Assembly: GCF_009834535.1 (NCBI RefSeq) | Contig: NC_045696.1 | Coordinates: 36,830,001-36,894,000 of the forward strand | Origin: Camelus ferus | Taxonomy: Eukaryota | Direction of reading: 5' to 3' | DNA: 64,000 nucleotides | Part shown: positions 40,585-54,345 of the stretch, piece by piece | Layout of the letters: every line of letters begins with the position of its first letter | How positions within the stretch are numbered: the stretch's first letter is position 1 | The notes under the pieces: model-generated | The model's database searches: none | Seen by the model: only the letters and a program-made list of their open reading frames with translations | Told to the model about the DNA's origin: nothing | Position numbers and translations under genes: made by a program

Positions 40585-42210
40585 TTAACAGTTTTATTGA
40601 GATACAGTTCACAGACTATTTATTTCACCCATTTGAAGAGTTCAACTCAGTGATTTTTAGTAGATTCACAAATACATATGATCATTAGCACAGTCACTTT
40701 TAGAATATTTTTGTTGCTCCAAAAAGTTAGGTATCACTCTCTGTTACCTACTCCACCTTCCAGTCCCAAGTAATAATTAACCTGCTTTCTCTCTATATAG
40801 ATTTGCTTATTCTGAATATTTTATATAAATGGAATTGTATGTTATCAGTTTTTTTTTGTGACTGGTGTCTTTCATTTAGTGTAATGTTTTCAAGGTTCAT
40901 CCATGTTTATGTTAAGGGCAGGCATCCATGCTGTCCATATATCTCTTCCTTTCTTGGTGGCCAAATAATATTTTATTGTATGACTTACCACTTTATATTT
41001 ATCCATTCATCATTTGATGTACACTTGCGTTATTTATACCTTTTGGCTATTATGAATCATACTCTATAGACAATCATGTATATGTTTGTGTATATATATG
41101 TTAACATTTCTCTTGGGCATAAACCTAGGGGTGAAATTGCTATAACTCTGTTCAGCTGCTTGAGGAATGCTGTGTTTAACCGTTTGAGGAACTCCCTTTG
41201 GAAAGGATGCTTTTCAAAGTGGTCACACCACCTTACATTCCCACCAGCGGTGTATGAGGGTTCTGATTTCCTTACAGCTTCATCAACACTTTTTCTTATC
41301 TGACTTTTGAGTCTAGCTCCCCCTAATGTGTATGAAGTAGTATCTCCTTGTGGGTTTTATTTGCATTTCCCTGATGGCTAATGATGTCAAACGTCTTTTC
41401 ATGTTGTCGTTGCCCATGTCTTTGGTAAAATGCCCATACAAATCCTTTGCTCATTTAAAATTTTTTATTACTATTATTATTATTGAGTTGTATGAGATCT
41501 TTGTATAGTCTAAGTATTTTATCAGATATATAATTTGCAATTAATTTCTCACCTTCTGAGAGTTGTCCTTTTATGTCCTTGATCATGTCTGTTTATGCAG
41601 AAAAGGTTAATTTTCATGAAGTCCAATTTATCTATTTTCTTTTGTTTCTCCTGCTTTTGGTGTCACTTCTAGGAATCCATTGCAAATTCTAAAGTCAAGA
41701 AAATGTACCCTTAGGTTTCCTTCTAAGTGTGTAGTTTTAACTAGTACATTTAGGTCTTTAATTCTTTTTGAGTTAGTTTTTGTATGTAGTGTAAGGTAAA
41801 GGATTTTTTTTTTTCTGCATACAGATATTCAGTTGTCTAAGCACCATGTTTTGAAAACACTTTTCTTTAACTATTAAATGTTCTTGATACTCTTGATGAA
41901 AAGAAGTTGACCATAGATGTATTGTTTATTTCTGGACTCTCAATTCTACTCCACTGATACATGCCAAGACCACAATGTTTCCATTACTGTTGCTTTGTAG
42001 TAAGTTTTGAAGTGTAAGTGCTCCAACTTTTTTCCCCTCCATCAAGATTTTTTTGTCTAATTTGAGTCCCTGGTAATTCCATATGAATTTTTAGAATCAA
42101 CTGGTTAATGCCTACAAAGAAATCAGCTGGGATTCTGCAAGGAATTGTATTGAATCTTTAGTTCAACTTGGGGAGTATTCCCATCCTAACAGTATTAAGT
42201 TTTCTGATCC
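40585..42210 (-). mobile_element. L1M (MB-like) 3' region
   Basis: ttttattgagatacagttcac..ttacattcccaccagcggtgtatgagggtt..atttgcatttccctgatggctaatgatg..gttgctttgtagtaagttttgaa. Confidence 0.92.
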
Positions 42211-42430
42211 TTTTTCATTCTCCAACTACAACAGAATTAGAATAAGCAATAGAAAGAAATTTGGGAAATCTTTAAATATTTGGAAATTAAACAATACAAT
42301 TCAAAATAATGCAAAGGTCAAAGAAGAAATCACAAGTAGAATTAGAAAATAAATTAAATTACAATTAAGATACAACTGGTAAAAATTTGCAACCAAATTT
42401 ACAAACAAAGCAGTACTTTGAAGTCTACAC
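42211..42430 (+). mobile_element. L1 ORF2 endonuclease-end fragment, opposite orientation
   Basis: ttggaaattaaacaatacaattc..gtcaaagaagaaatcacaag (WKLNN..VKEEI). Confidence 0.7.
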
Positions 42431-42461
42431 TTTATGTATGTATGTATGTTTCTTTTTTCTT

Positions 42462-42850
42462 TCAGTTTTATTGAGATATAATTGACAAAAAGCAATGTGC
42501 AAATTTAAGGTGTACAGTATTAATGATTTGACTTGCATATATCATGAAATGACTACCATAATTAAATTTAGTGAACATTCATCATTTATATAGATACAAA
42601 ATTAAAGAAATAAAATTTTTTTTCCTTGTGATGAGAACTCTTAGGATTTACTCTCTTAACTTTCATATGTAACATACAGCAGTGTTAATTATATTTACCA
42701 TGTTCATTGCATCCTTAGTACTTGTTTATCCTGTAACTGGAAGTTTGTACCTTTGCCTTCATCCATTTCCCCCACCCCACACTCCCATCGCTGGTAACCA
42801 CAAATTTGATCTTTTTTTCTATGAGTTTGTTTGCTTATTTGTTTATTTTA
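42462..42850 (-). mobile_element. L1 3' tail
   Basis: ttttattgagatataattgac..gatgagaactcttaggatttactctcttaac..ctggtaaccacaaatttgatc. Confidence 0.88.
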
Positions 42851-43184
42851 TTGCCTTCAGTGGCTATCCCCAGAGATTAGTATCCTCGTCCGTGAGCCTA
42901 TCAGATTCAATTTCAAATTTAGGTTATGATGAGATTAATGATAAAGTTAAACAAATTTTATTTACCAATGGACTAGTAATAAAGCTGAAAATGAACCCAC
43001 ATCCTCACTAGAGTTCACTTCAACATAAGCACCACACTGTCAAGGATATAAACTTTATTTACTAATGAATTTCAAGTCCTTAGGACAAACCTGGAAAATA
43101 ATAGATGTAAATAAATATTTATGGAAATGAAGTAGTGACACCATATGGATAAAACACTATACACATTAAAAATATGTTTTCTCT

Positions 43185-43865
43185 TTAAAACACTAAAAAT
43201 AGAGTTACCATATGATCCAGCAATTCCACTCCTGGGTATATATCCAGAGGGCACTCTAACTCAAAAAGATACATGCACCCCAGTGTTCATAGCAGCACTA
43301 TTTGCAATAGCCAAACATGGAAGCAGCCTAAATGTCTATCAACAGATGACTGGATAAAGAAGATGTGGTATATTTATACAATGACATGTTACTCAGCCAT
43401 AAAAAATAATGAAATAATGCCATTTAGCAACATGCATGGACCTAGAGATTATCATATTAAGTGAAGTAAGACAGAGAAGACTAATATCATATGATATCAC
43501 TTATATGTAGAATCTGAAAAAAAAATGATACAAATGGATTTGTTTACAAACCAGAAATAGACTCACAGGCATAGAATTAAACTACGTTACCAAAGGGGAA
43601 ATTCAGGGAGGGGTAAATTAGGAATTTGGGATTAACAGATACACACTACTATATATAAAATAGATAAACAACAAGGACCTACTGTATAGCACAGGGAGCT
43701 ATATTCAATATTTTGTCATAATCTATGTGGAAAAGAATCTGAAAAAGAATATATATAATATATATATATAAAGAATATATATATATATATATGTAAACTG
43801 AATCACTTTGCTGTGTACCTGAAACTAATACAACATTGTAAATCAACTATACTTCAATAAAATTT
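43185..43865 (+). mobile_element. Young L1 3' end (ORF2 C-terminus + 3'UTR)
   Basis: ORF 43145..43357: LKIELPYDPAIPLLGIYP..TCTPVFIAALF; 3'UTR and tail followed by a TA-rich tract. Confidence 0.95.
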
Positions 43866-44295
43866 AAATATATAGAAATATATGTAAGTAAATATATATA
43901 TATTAAATAAATAAATAAAATATATATATAATTGAGTTAACAGCTTTATAATTTCACTAAGAGAATTATACTCCAGTCTTTGGGGAAGATAGTAAAGAAG
44001 AGAAATAAAACTAATATTTGAAATATTTTAAAATTCCTGTCTAATATTGCCCTCTTTTATTCCACTCATCAAAGATGTACATTTTTGGTATAATTTTATT
44101 GAGGAGCACTCCCATGTCAAATAAAAGGTTAGAATGTCCTTGTATTAAATTCTAATTTAGTTTTACAGGAATATCTATTTGGCATGAAATATTAGTGCAA
44201 AAATGAGGGAAAAATGAGATGAAAGATAATTACATGAAAATCACTATGATAATTTTCTTTTTTCAATAGGTAGTAGCTTAATTTTAAACTAGATC

Positions 44296-44654
44296 TGTTA
44301 ATCAGATTTCTTCAGAGAAGTAGAACCAATAGGATCTGTAAATATGCATATGTATCAAGAAATTTATCATAAGTAATTGGCTTGTGTGATTATGGATGCT
44401 GGCACATCCAAATCTGCAGTATGAGTTGGCAGCCTGGACACCCAGGAGAGATGATGGTACAATTCTAGTCTATAGGTAGTCTGCCGGAGAATTCCCTCTT
44501 GCTCAGGGAGGCTAATCTTTTGTTCTACGCAAGTGTTCAACTGATTAGATGAGGCCCACTCACTTTACGGAAGGCAATCTGAAAGTTCATTAATTCAAAT
44601 GTTAATCTCATTCAAAAACATCTTCCAAATTGATGCATTAAACTAACCATCACA
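44296..44654 (-). mobile_element. MLT2 (ERVL) LTR
   Basis: cagagaagtagaaccaatagg..ttcaactgattagatgaggcccac..taaccatcaca. Confidence 0.88.
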
Positions 44655-45609
44655 CAAATATTCTCTTTCCTCTAATGTTAAATTGCAACCAAAAATCAAC
44701 TGAAAAATAGTAATGAGAAAATGTATTTGCATTGCTCTGAAAGACTCCATTATATGCCTACAGTATACAAGTTTCCCTGATAAGTAGTTTTTATATGAAT
44801 AGCAGTTGTGTAACCAGAATCTCTGATTATAAATAGCTGGTGATTTCTGAAGGTCTTCTGTTACTTATTGCAATAAAGGATATGGAGAGAATGTTTTGCT
44901 CCCTGGGCCCCTCCCTCACTTTAAGGACAAAGAGAGAATTTTTCCAACTGCCAAGAGTGTTGCCTGCAGACAGTTCTTATGCTGAGTCTCTCCCCAGAAA
45001 TTACTCTAGGCATTTAATAATATATTTCTATGTTACTAAGAAAGGCAGGAGATAATTTATATTTGGCAGCTACTTTAGAAAGCATTTGGGGCATGATGAA
45101 AAGTTATTTACATAGTCTGAGTACATAGACCAATCTGATAAAAACTGATTGTATTTTCTCCTTCAAACATCAAAATTTTGTTTTTAGGGGAAATTTAAGT
45201 CATATTTTACCCAAGAATGCCATTCCTTCACTGCTTTTACTGTAAAAAGATTTTAATACCATTTAGGGCACCCAACCACATGAAGTATATTAACTGAATG
45301 ATTTTCAGTATAATTTATATTTTATAATTTATAATTGTATCATTTTGTGTTGAATTGTTTTGTATTATTTTATATTATTTCTGTGTTATTTTAAAAAATT
45401 TCAAATTGACATATATCATTTCTTAAAGGAGTCATAGCAGAATGTTCTTGCTCATTTCAGTGGCTGGTAACTTGGCAAAGTATAGTAAAATTTGTTCATT
45501 TTATATAGCATTTCCATTATGCACCTTGGTGTAGGATTTGTAATCCTAAATAATGCTCATCAAGTACACAGCATAGCAAATTAGAGCAATTTCAATAATA
45601 AGACCAAAA

Positions 45610-45712
45610 CGTGACACTGTAGAAGCTCTTCACAGTGTGGTGACAGTATCATAAGTGTTTTTATGCAGATATTGGAGTCGACATAGATTTTCAAAATAGG
45701 CAAATACTCTCC
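45610..45712 (-). pseudogene. SLC9C-like C-terminal remnant
   Basis: IYVDSNICIK then an extra A before CAC, giving SNICIK(H) ~ SNMCLKH. Confidence 0.45.
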
Positions 45713-46379
45713 TAAGTGACTTTCTTTCTCTTTCCCAAATCCTTATTCCTTGTTTTGGTGTGTTACCTCCTAGGCAAACTATTTCTCTTTTTACTACTAG
45801 CTTCCATTACTTCAAGAGGTTCTCTTCCCCTTCTGATAATATTTAGGAGAAAATGCTGAGCAACTAGCATTCAGTCCATTCTCTTCTTTTATAAGGACAG
45901 ATCCTCCCACAAATGAATAAAGGAGACACTTCAACCCCTGCTTTGTAGGTCTTCTAAAGACAAACTACTCTGAAAAGTATTGGTAGTAATTGTTAGCCAA
46001 GGAGTCTTTAAATATGTAATCTTTTTAGCAGGATATACCTAGTCTGTCTAGGATTGCTTATTTTAATCAGATCCATAACCTATGAGTTTATGGAGCATGG
46101 CTTTCTTGAAAATGTCACAAAAGTTATGGAACTCTCTTAGTATGGAATAAGGATGCTTCAGGCTGAAATGGCTCCTTTCTGTGTAAATATCATAGATACG
46201 TGATTGCTTAGGGTTTTCTTATTTAAATCTGAAGTAAAGTCAGTTGTGATCAGGCAAAGAAGGACCAGACTGCACTGGTGGTCCCAGACCTCTGCCTGCT
46301 TTTTCTATGACCGGTGATCACTTAACATCATTGAAGCACTGGTAAAGTTGATACTGGGTAAGATCTCTACTTCTTATGA

Positions 46380-46485
46380 GTCTAATTTGCCAATCTGACG
46401 CTTTGTGTTACCTCAACATTCTGAACAGAGTTTCCTTCCAGGATCCATGGCCAATCATCTCCAGAGTTGTCATACAGAGTCAGAA
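46380..46485 (-). pseudogene. Possible SLC9C-like C-terminal-domain remnant
   Basis: YDNSGDDWPWILEGNSVQNVEV is weakly similar to IDATLEDVILINGTAYNAHT. Position is collinear. Confidence 0.3.
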
Positions 46486-47188
46486 CAGATTGTTAAAACA
46501 CTGAGCACATGCTAACACAATAAATAAAATGGTTATTAATGCATTATTGTACCATATATTATCATCAAAGTAAAAACAGAGTTGTAATTAAACATATGAA
46601 CCCAATAAAAAAAAATTAAGACTCTTGGAAAACACAAATATGTTAGAAAGCAGATCTCTGACTATACTTCATAGATATTGGAATAATCTCTATATATTTG
46701 TTTAAAGAAAATTGAACCACAATTCAAAGAAGCATATTTTAATAGTTTTTCTCCTCGCTAAAAGAACTTACTGTCGACAGGATACAAAAAAAGAAGGAAA
46801 AATCTGCTTAGAAAAAGTTTTACCAAATGTAGTAAAATTTCTTATCTTTATTCTTAAATAAACTATTTGGTATGAATTTTTAGGAAGGGCTTAATAGGAA
46901 TTTCATAAAAGAGCACACATAAATAAGAGTCTTGTGTGCTTGCTGATACAGGCTTAAATACATTTTTTAAAAGATTAAAACACGTCCTTTATACCAATTA
47001 TAGGGTTTTTTTTTTGTTCACTTGGAACTAAAAAGGTTGTATTGACAAAAGGAAGTCAGATGTATGTTTAATTATGAAAAGCTTTTTTCCACTTTGAATT
47101 CAACATAAAAATGAAGGTTTATGAAATGAACTATATTTCATTCAGGCATTTTTTTTCATGAATTATAATATTTCAGGCAAACTCCTAC

Positions 47189-47298
47189 AGAAGTAAATAT
47201 GTCTTCATCTTCTGCAGGTGTAAAAAGTCTTCAAAGGAGCATTATTTCCCAACAAATGAAAATATTTCTATCATCAACCAGCCTTGAAACTGTTACCC
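47189..47298 (-). pseudogene. SLC9C-like exon remnant, FQGW segment
   Basis: Acceptor ttctttattcttag, donor gtagga. QFQGWLMIEIFSFVG ~ AFQGWTQEKVKLHLE. Confidence 0.62.
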
Positions 47299-47474
47299 CT
47301 AAGAATAAAGAACTTTTCTGTGATTCTAAGGCCCTTGTTCAGGACCCATTATGTCAAAGGCAGATCAAAATATATCATTTTCCTATCTGTGAACTTTTTC
47401 ACTGCTTATGCTAACTCTTCCTTTTCTTTTCTAAGAAGTAGAGATTTCATTTTAGTGATGAGGATGACTATAAC

Positions 47475-47597
47475 CTGTTGTTATTCTCATGTGACTAAAA
47501 AGGTAACAGCAGGAATGTGGCAGTTACCATTCAGAAATTGTTTAGAATGCTTCAGCGTGGGCTCATGGAAGGAAATAAAGTGCAGCAGTATTGGTTG
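47475..47597 (-). pseudogene. SLC9C-like exon remnant, end of CNBD
   Basis: LLHFISFHE ~ QVYFITAED. Shifted frame SILNNF*MVTATFLLLPF*SHE ~ SLEYRLWRVVAIRIATPLIME. Confidence 0.6.
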
Positions 47598-47847
47598 CTA
47601 TAATTAATTCAGAAATTGGCTTCAGTTTTTTAATGTACTAAAACCCAGTTCAACAGGTTTGTTATTGCTCGACTTTATATATACCATAAGTCAAATTATG
47701 TCCCTCAATGTTTATAGTAATTATAAGCAATAAGAGTCTGAGTATTACTGCCTAGAAAATGAATGTTTATTCTGTCTGTGTATAAGTGTGTATGATCCAA
47801 AACTAATGCTGGTAAAAATGTGAAACTAACTATAGCTTTTTAAACTC

Positions 47848-47945
47848 AAAAACCATTTCTTTTAATGAGTATTGATATGTAGCTTAATTTGAACAGAATT
47901 TAGATAGAAAGCATATCACATTTCCTACATGAACAGCTAGTTTTC
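47848..47945 (-). pseudogene. SLC9C-like exon remnant, CNBD phosphate-binding cassette region
   Basis: LAVHVGNVICFLSKFCSN*ATYQYSLKE ~ YLTVGNVIGEMGVLTKKPRNATVTCET. Confidence 0.55.
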
Positions 47946-48149
47946 TAACAGTATCATTAATCAACACACATAAGAAGTCAGATAGCAAAATACAGGGTTA
48001 GAATTTAATTCAGAAGTAATCTAAATATTCAGGCAAACTCATGTGTTTATATAAGCACACACCCACAGGCACTGTGTAGTGCCAACTTCAGTACTCAAGT
48101 CTGAATTTTTTTTGAATTTTAATCCTTAATATCTATTTCATTCTTTTTA

Positions 48150-48215
48150 TAAATTTTATTTTTTATTGAAGTGTAGTTGATTTATAATGTAGTTTCAGAA
48201 GTATAGCAAAGTGTC
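48150..48215 (-). mobile_element. L1 tail fragment
   Basis: ttttattgaagtgtagttgatttataatg..gtatagcaaagtg. Confidence 0.75.
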
Positions 48216-48509
48216 AGATCTGAATCTTAACGATATAGTATCATATGGGGAAAAAAAGTGAATCTCAACAATCATTACCTACACAGTATAGTATCCTTTT
48301 ACAAGTTAAAAGCAGCAAATAATTCTATATATACTTTAAAATACTCTTTAGGAATACATAGAAATGCAAATGAAACTCCATAAAAAAGAGTGGTGACAGG
48401 ATTCTGGATGATGAATACCTCAGCTTGTGAGAGGTGGGAAAATAGATTGGGTGAATGCCTATGATTACATACAGGTTTGCTGAAATCCTGGCTTTATTTC
48501 CTGTAACTC

Positions 48510-49750
48510 TGTATTGTAGTGTAAAATGTTTATAGAAAAGTACACCCTTCATAAGCATATTGCCCAGTGAGTTTTTACAAATGAAAAGTACCCTTATAAA
48601 CATCATTCAGATTGAGAAACAGAATTTTAAGAATAAACTAGAAATCTCCCTTTTGCTTTCTTTCAGTCTTTTTCTCTTATTCCCATCAAGTGTAACCATT
48701 TAACATGACTGCTAACATCATGGATTAGTTTTTGCTTGTTTGAAATCAGACAGTATGTACCCTAGTGTCTGGGTCCTTTTGCTCAACATTAGACCTGTGA
48801 GATGAATCCGTATTTTTGAGGTGATTATAAAGGGTTAATCTTGCTGTATAATTTATTTGTGAGAATGTATCAAAATGTATTTATTTGCTTTTCTGTGAAT
48901 AAGACTTTCTTAGTTTCAAATTCAACCCTATCACAAACAGTGCCCATACAAATAATGCTAGTACTTTTTTGTGGTGAACATGTCTTCATGTATATATAGT
49001 GAACATACATCCAGGAGAGTCACGGCTGGGTCATAGGATCTGCATACATTCAACTTTAGTAGATCCTGGCAAATCATTTTCCAAAATTGTAGCAATTTAT
49101 TACTGTCATGATCCGCTATCATCACTCTCATACTCCACACCTGTGACAACATTTGCTACTTTGTTGTTGTTGTTGTTTTGCATTTTAGCCATTCTCATAG
49201 GTGTCTAATGGGTATTGCTTTATGGTTTAAGTTTTCATTCTACTTATCACTAATGACGTTTAACTTCTTTCCATACTTTTTTTTTGTTCAGTTGATATAC
49301 TCTTTTGTAAAATTCATGTGCACGTCTTCTGCTATTTTTTCTGTTGGGTTTCTGCCTTTTTTCATTTGCCTTTCTGAGATGGATCTTTTCTCATATATCT
49401 ATATTGCAAATACTTTTCTTTACTCCATTTGTTATCTCTTCACACTTTTAATGGTGGTTTTGGCAATCAAATATCTCATCTTTAATATAGACCAGCCTGC
49501 AAAATTTTATTTTATGTTATTGATGTCCCTTTCTTGTTGAAGAAATATTTTTCTCCTCCAGAGTCACATGATAACTTGCTCTGATTTCTTTGAAATATTT
49601 CCTATCACCTTAGATTTATATCCACAATTGTGTATGGTTTGAAGTAGAAATCAAGATATATATTTTCCCCACACGAACCTCCGACTGACCTGGTACATTT
49701 GTTGGAAAAAATCTGATGATTTTCCCACTGCACTGTAGTACCTTTTATTT
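48510..49750 (-). mobile_element. Old L1ME-type 3' region
   Basis: ORF 48958..49152: WKMICQDLLKLNVCRSYDPAVTLL (L1 ORF2 C-terminus); ttttgctcaacatt..gtgagatgaatcc. Confidence 0.8.
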
Positions 49751-50439
49751 TGGATGGTGAGTTATAATTGTTAATTACATGGTTGAAAGTAATTAAATTT
49801 AAAAATCAACTAAATGAAAATAAACTATGAATGGACCAAAAATGAAATTATATAAAAAACCAAGGATTAGGTTTAATCCAATTCTGATTATCTTGTATAA
49901 AATAAGTAAATTTTTAAAATAAAGTTAAACATAAAGAACAAGGTGGGTCAGCCCATAAAAACAGTATTCTTTTATTAGATAGTGCCTAGTAAGGAGAACA
50001 GAAATCATGCTTGATACTTGAGAGAATTTTTTATAGGAAGATATTTAACAAGTATGGAAAAGTGAAAGAACAAAAGGGCTCTAACTAGAATTATTAACTA
50101 CAGAAAGCAGCCTCCATCCATAGGGCTGGGGAACAAAGGAACTGGAGTTCAGGCTGATTAGTAAGATATGATCTAGTTATAGCTCACAAAAAACAAAACT
50201 GGCAATGGACTTTTTGATTTAATCTCTAGATTGGGAGTCTTTATTTACTTATTTTTTTTTAGTCATGTCATTCTCCTAGGAATTTTGCCCCTGAGGTACA
50301 TTTCCCCAGTCGTGGTCCCTAGATACTTCCTTCAATGTCTCACCCTCATCACAGGCTTTTTTATTGAAAGGATCAATCCAACTGATAAAGAATTAGCAAA
50401 AATGAATCAGGGATGGAGTGGTGAGGGCATTGGGTAGAA

Positions 50440-52660
50440 AAAGACACAATGTACCAATATCAGGAAGGAACGAGGGGACATAATCAAAAATTTTCCAGAC
50501 ATTAAAGAAGGTAGTGAATATATTTACTAATATTAAATATTTATTATTGTATTCAATTATTTGAAATGGATTAATTCCTTAAGAACACAACCTATCAAAA
50601 CTTACTCAAAAATAATAGGCAATATGAATACTCCTGTATCTATTATAGAAATAGAAATTGTAGTCAAACACCTTTGAACAAAGGGAATTCTAGGCATAGA
50701 TGCCTTCACTGGTAAACTCTTCACAGACTTGCAGAAAACAGAAGAGAAGGAAACACTTCTAAATAGATTTTTTGAGACCAGCATTACTCTGAAAACAAAG
50801 CCTGCAAAAAACAGTAAAATAGAAGCTTGCTACATAATAATATCCCTCTTTATCATGTTGCAAAAGTCCTAGTTGGCAAATCAAATCAGGTAATATACAA
50901 AAGTGATAATACATCATGATCATGTGTAGTTTATCCCAGGAATGCAAATTTGGTATAACATTAAAACCAAAAAAAAAAAAAAAAAAAAAAGTGATCATGA
51001 TACTAAGAAACTAAAAAAAAAAAAAAACAAAAAAATACTCAGAAAGTGCAAAACATCATAAAATTCAATAACCACTTAGGATTAAAAACATTACTTTCAG
51101 CAAATGAAGAATAGAAGGTAACATTGTGAAACTGATAAAGAAAATCTATAAAAACCTCCAGTTAGCATCCCATCTAGTGGTAAATGATTGAGTTCCTCCC
51201 TCCTGCTAAGATCAGGACCAAGGCAAGGATGTCTGATATACCACTTCTGTTCAACCCTGTACAGTAAGTCGTGGCCAGTGGAAAGGTGCAAGAAAAAGAA
51301 ATAAATAGTATACATACTATTTCTATGCAAAAAATCATACAGAATCTACCAAAAAGCTACTAGAACTAATAAGTAAGTTTAGCAGATTCATAGAAGCAAA
51401 GATAAATATACAAAAATGAAATGAATTTTGGAAATGAATAGTTTCACCAGTGAACAATCTGAAGTTTAAAATAATGTTTATAATAGCATTGAGAAATGCA
51501 TAACATTTGGGGATTAACAATGTACTATTGAGAATTATTAAAGAAAATAAAGATACAGCATATTCAAGATCAGATAACCCAGTAGTGCCCAGATGTCAAT
51601 TCTCATTAAATTGATCTATAGGTTAATTGCAGTCTTCATCAAATTTTAGGATGCCCTCTTTGTAGATATTGATAAGCTGATCTAAGATGTATGTGTAATG
51701 CAAAGGACCAGAAATATTTAAAGCAATCTTGAAAGACAAAATTAGAAGTTACTCTACCTTACCTAATGTAAAGACTTTAAACACATCAAACACAGTGTGG
51801 TATTGGTGTATATGCATAGACACACAGACCAGAGAATCCAGAAATATAATACACATATATTTTTAATTGATTTTTGACCAACTGCTAGATATTTAAAGGA
51901 GAAAGGATGATTTTTTCAACAATGGCAATGGAACAATTGGATATTCATATGGAAAAAAATGAACATGGATTTTGAGGTTAGGTTATGTACAAATTAACAA
52001 ATATAATGGCATACTGCTACACACTCACTAGAAAGGATAAAGTACTGACTATACCAAGTGTTGGAGAAAATACAGAGCAACTGGAACTTCCAAATGTTGC
52101 AGATGAGAATGCAAAATCATTCAGTAACTTTGGAAAATAGTTTGGCAGTTTCATTTAAAGTTACACATACACTTACTATAGAACTCAGCAGTTCCACTCC
52201 TAGATATTTACTCAAGAAAAATACAAAATCTTTATCCACAAAAAAGGCTTGCACATGAAGGTTCATAGTCACTTTACATCTTTACTACCCCTCCTAATTG
52301 GAAACAGTGCAAACATCCATCTACAAGTGCATGATTCCACAAATCCCATGGCATGGACTACTCCTCAGCAATACAAGGCAACTTTGAAGGTACTGGGAAA
52401 ACCTGAACGTGGTCTAAGTATTCATAAAATATAAAGAAATTCAATTATTTTAGGTCTGATAATGAGAAACATTGAGAATTTATGGATGGACCAATATGAT
52501 ACCTGAAATTTGCTTTGAAATATTCGTGCATGTTGAGGGTAGAGATGTAACAATTCCACCAAAAATTGATAATTGTTGAAGCTGAGTGAGACTATATTGG
52601 ATTCATTACACAGTCTTGCTATTTTTGCATATGGTTGACATTTTCCATGATTTAATGTAA
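50440..52660 (+). mobile_element. Old L1M ORF2 + 3'UTR fragment
   Basis: ttcactggtaaactct..tttatcccaggaatgcaa..ctaagatcaggaccaaggcaaggatgtc..aaaagctactagaactaataag..ttggaaaatagtttggcagtttc. Confidence 0.9.
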
Positions 52661-52944
52661 AATTTAGAAAGTAATTATTCTAAAATATTACATGAGACCA
52701 CTTGTCTCAATGTACCCTCACTAAGATGAACTACTTGTTTATTTTTTGCCAGTATAACTATTTAAAATGGCACTATATTTTTGTTTAATTTGCTTTTATT
52801 TGATGATCACATGTATTGTACATTTTTATTTCTTGTTTATAATTGTCTCTTCATGCCAGTAGCCTTTGGTTCTTTTTTTGTTTGTTTTCTGAATTTACCG
52901 TCTTCCCGAGTTCTGTTGGAAAAAAAAAAGCAATAATATTAGTA

Positions 52945-53190
52945 GGTAGTATTTATTGGATACTAACTATTAACAAAGGATTTATCAAAGAAGTTACTGT
53001 ACGTTAGCTCAAAGCAATAGAGCAATCCTGTGGATTAGGCTTCATTGCTAGCTATACTTCATAGGTGAAGAAACAGAAATGTAGTATGATCGTAAACTTT
53101 ACCAAAGGTCACACAGCTAAAAAGAGCTAAATATTTACATTTTTTTTGTTTAACTTCAGTCAGAAATCTTGACCATTCTGTGCTTCTTCT
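52945..53190 (-). mobile_element. MIR (antisense)
   Basis: ataggtgaagaaacaga..ccaaaggtcacacagcta. Confidence 0.65.
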
Positions 53191-53369
53191 TTAACACTGT
53201 TGTATTTGTTCCATTTTCTCTATGTTCATTTTAATACCCTAATTTAAGACTTAATTCTTTTTCATGGAAAGATTCTTCCTCTCATTTTATGCCTTTAATT
53301 TTACTTTTTTATTTCTACTCATTGCAAAGTGTGAAATCTTAGTTCAGATGCCAACTTCTTCATAAAGCT

Positions 53370-53600
53370 GTGTAGCGTAGTGGTTAATATTGATTATATA
53401 GTCATTATTTGGATTTGCATATTGATATGTAATTCCTGGGCCAAATGCCCTTGGACAAATTACTAAATATGTCTGTTTTGGTTTTTTATGTATAAAATGA
53501 GACAAAATCCCTAAATTACAGTGTTTTTTTGAAGGGTAACTCAGATGAATTTAACAACAGTTTTAGTCCAGTGATTGACACAAAAATATTTGTTAAGTAG
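53370..53600 (+). mobile_element. MIR
   Basis: gtgtagcgtagtggttaa..ccttggacaaattactaa..tgtataaaatgag. Confidence 0.65.
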
Positions 53601-53681
53601 ACAAATTCTTCCAAGAAGTATTAGAAGGATAATTCATTGTGGAAGAGAATTCTCTTAATCACGTGCTCCTCTAAGCTCCTA

Positions 53682-54186
53682 TGGAAGGCAGCTTCTAAGA
53701 TGGTCTGAAATGATCTTCATCCCATGTTGTCAGTAGCCTTATGTAATTCCTGCCTCTTGAGTAACTTGCTTCAAAGCAATAGAATACAGCAACGTTAAGG
53801 GAATGAAACAACCATGATGATGTTACAGGAAATTGCAATTTTCACCTTGCCAGCAGTATTTCTCCCTCCACCTTTTATTGGCTTTGATGTTGGAGGCTTC
53901 TACGTGGTAAAAAATCAAAGCAGTCTCCAGCTAACATTTAGTAAGAACTTGAGACCCTCAGTCCAAGAACCATCAGGGTTCTGAATCCTGCCGACAACCA
54001 TGTAAGTGAGATTAGATCATCTTCAGCCCTCAGTGACATCTTGACTGCAGCTGTATGAGAGACCATGAAGCAGAGGGATAACTGTGCCCTGATTTCTCAC
54101 CCACAGAAACTGTGAGGTAATAAATACATATTATTTTAAGTGAAATTTTAGGATAATTTATTCTGCTGCAGTGCATACCTAAACAA
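53682..54186 (+). mobile_element. MLT1E/F-type LTR
   Basis: ggcagcttctaagatgg..ctgaatcctgccgacaaccatgtaagtgag..cccacagaaactgtgaggtaataaa. Confidence 0.85.
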
Positions 54187-54345
54187 CTTTAATTTTTTGG
54201 TCTTGTGATAGTTAATAGCACTTGGCATGTAGTATTTGTTTTATTTACCTTAAAATTAGTGGATAATTAGAATATGTTGTTGATGATTCATTTTTATCTA
54301 GCTCAGTATTTTAAAATTTGTTCTGTTAATATTTTTGATAGATAC

